A program made the position numbers and the translations under genes. A DNA stretch of 63,033 nt, filler included, from Craspedostauros australis (lineage: Eukaryota), in assembly GCA_030167865.1 (NCBI GenBank). It is 16 parts of 16 records of this genome, joined end to end, with 100 filler letters (N's around TTAATTAATTAA, not from the genome) between each part and the next. Parts side by side here need not be neighbours in the genome. Positions count along the whole stretch, not along the records: positions 60,683 to 63,033 come from JALAGF010004876.1; 15 more parts are not named here. The stretch is one strand, 5' to 3'. Positions 62,909-63,033 of this stretch are shown piece after piece. A model generated the notes under the pieces. The model was not told where the DNA came from. It saw only the letters and a program-made list of their open reading frames with translations, and did not search any database. The stretch's first letter is position 1. Each line of letters starts with the position of its first letter.

Positions 62909-63033
62909 GCCCCTACTGCTCGACCATCACAAAATCCAACCCTCACACCGACGGAGATACCGAGTGATCGGCCATCACAATATCCAACCCACTCACCGAC
63001 GGAGATACCAAGTGATCTACCCTCAGATATACC
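62909..63033 (+). other. Pro-Thr/Ser repeat coding-like segment running off the window edge
   Basis: Translates APTARPSQNPTLTPTEIPSDRPSQYPTHSPTEIPSDLPSD, with 48-bp periodicity; no start found. Confidence 0.5.

Overview
Eukaryotic DNA, most likely from a diatom (Bacillariophyta), judged from CoDi-type Copia elements, a signal peptide followed by a Phe-starting plastid transit peptide, and diatom-typical LRR and STAND-TPR families. The window is an artificial concatenation of 16 contigs joined by 15 identical 100-bp linkers (N44-TTAATTAATTAA-N44), so adjacency across linkers has no biological meaning. About half the contigs are transposon pieces: several Copia lineages, nested and solo LTRs, a piggyBac-like transposase and RNase H-bearing LINE fragments. 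Host genes: a membrane protein with two LRR modules, two tandem STAND ATPase-TPR paralogs, a Cys-rich repeat protein, a spliced MsrB, a plastid PAP/fibrillin-like protein, an NTPase plus PD-(D/E)xK protein resembling Crinkler/RHS effectors, a FabI pseudogene, a SUZ12/VEFS-box protein and a membrane histidine kinase. The best leads are two UGA-recoding cases and the putative effector. (1) A Copia gag and pol lie in one frame, separated by a single UGA-C that is followed 7 nt later by a 12/13-bp stem-loop, suggesting programmed readthrough. (2) MsrB has UGA at its catalytic Cys position and a SECIS-like hairpin in the 3' UTR, suggesting a selenoprotein. (3) The 1129-aa NTPase-nuclease protein may be a toxin or immunity effector. 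All family calls come from motifs recognised by eye; no database search was run.
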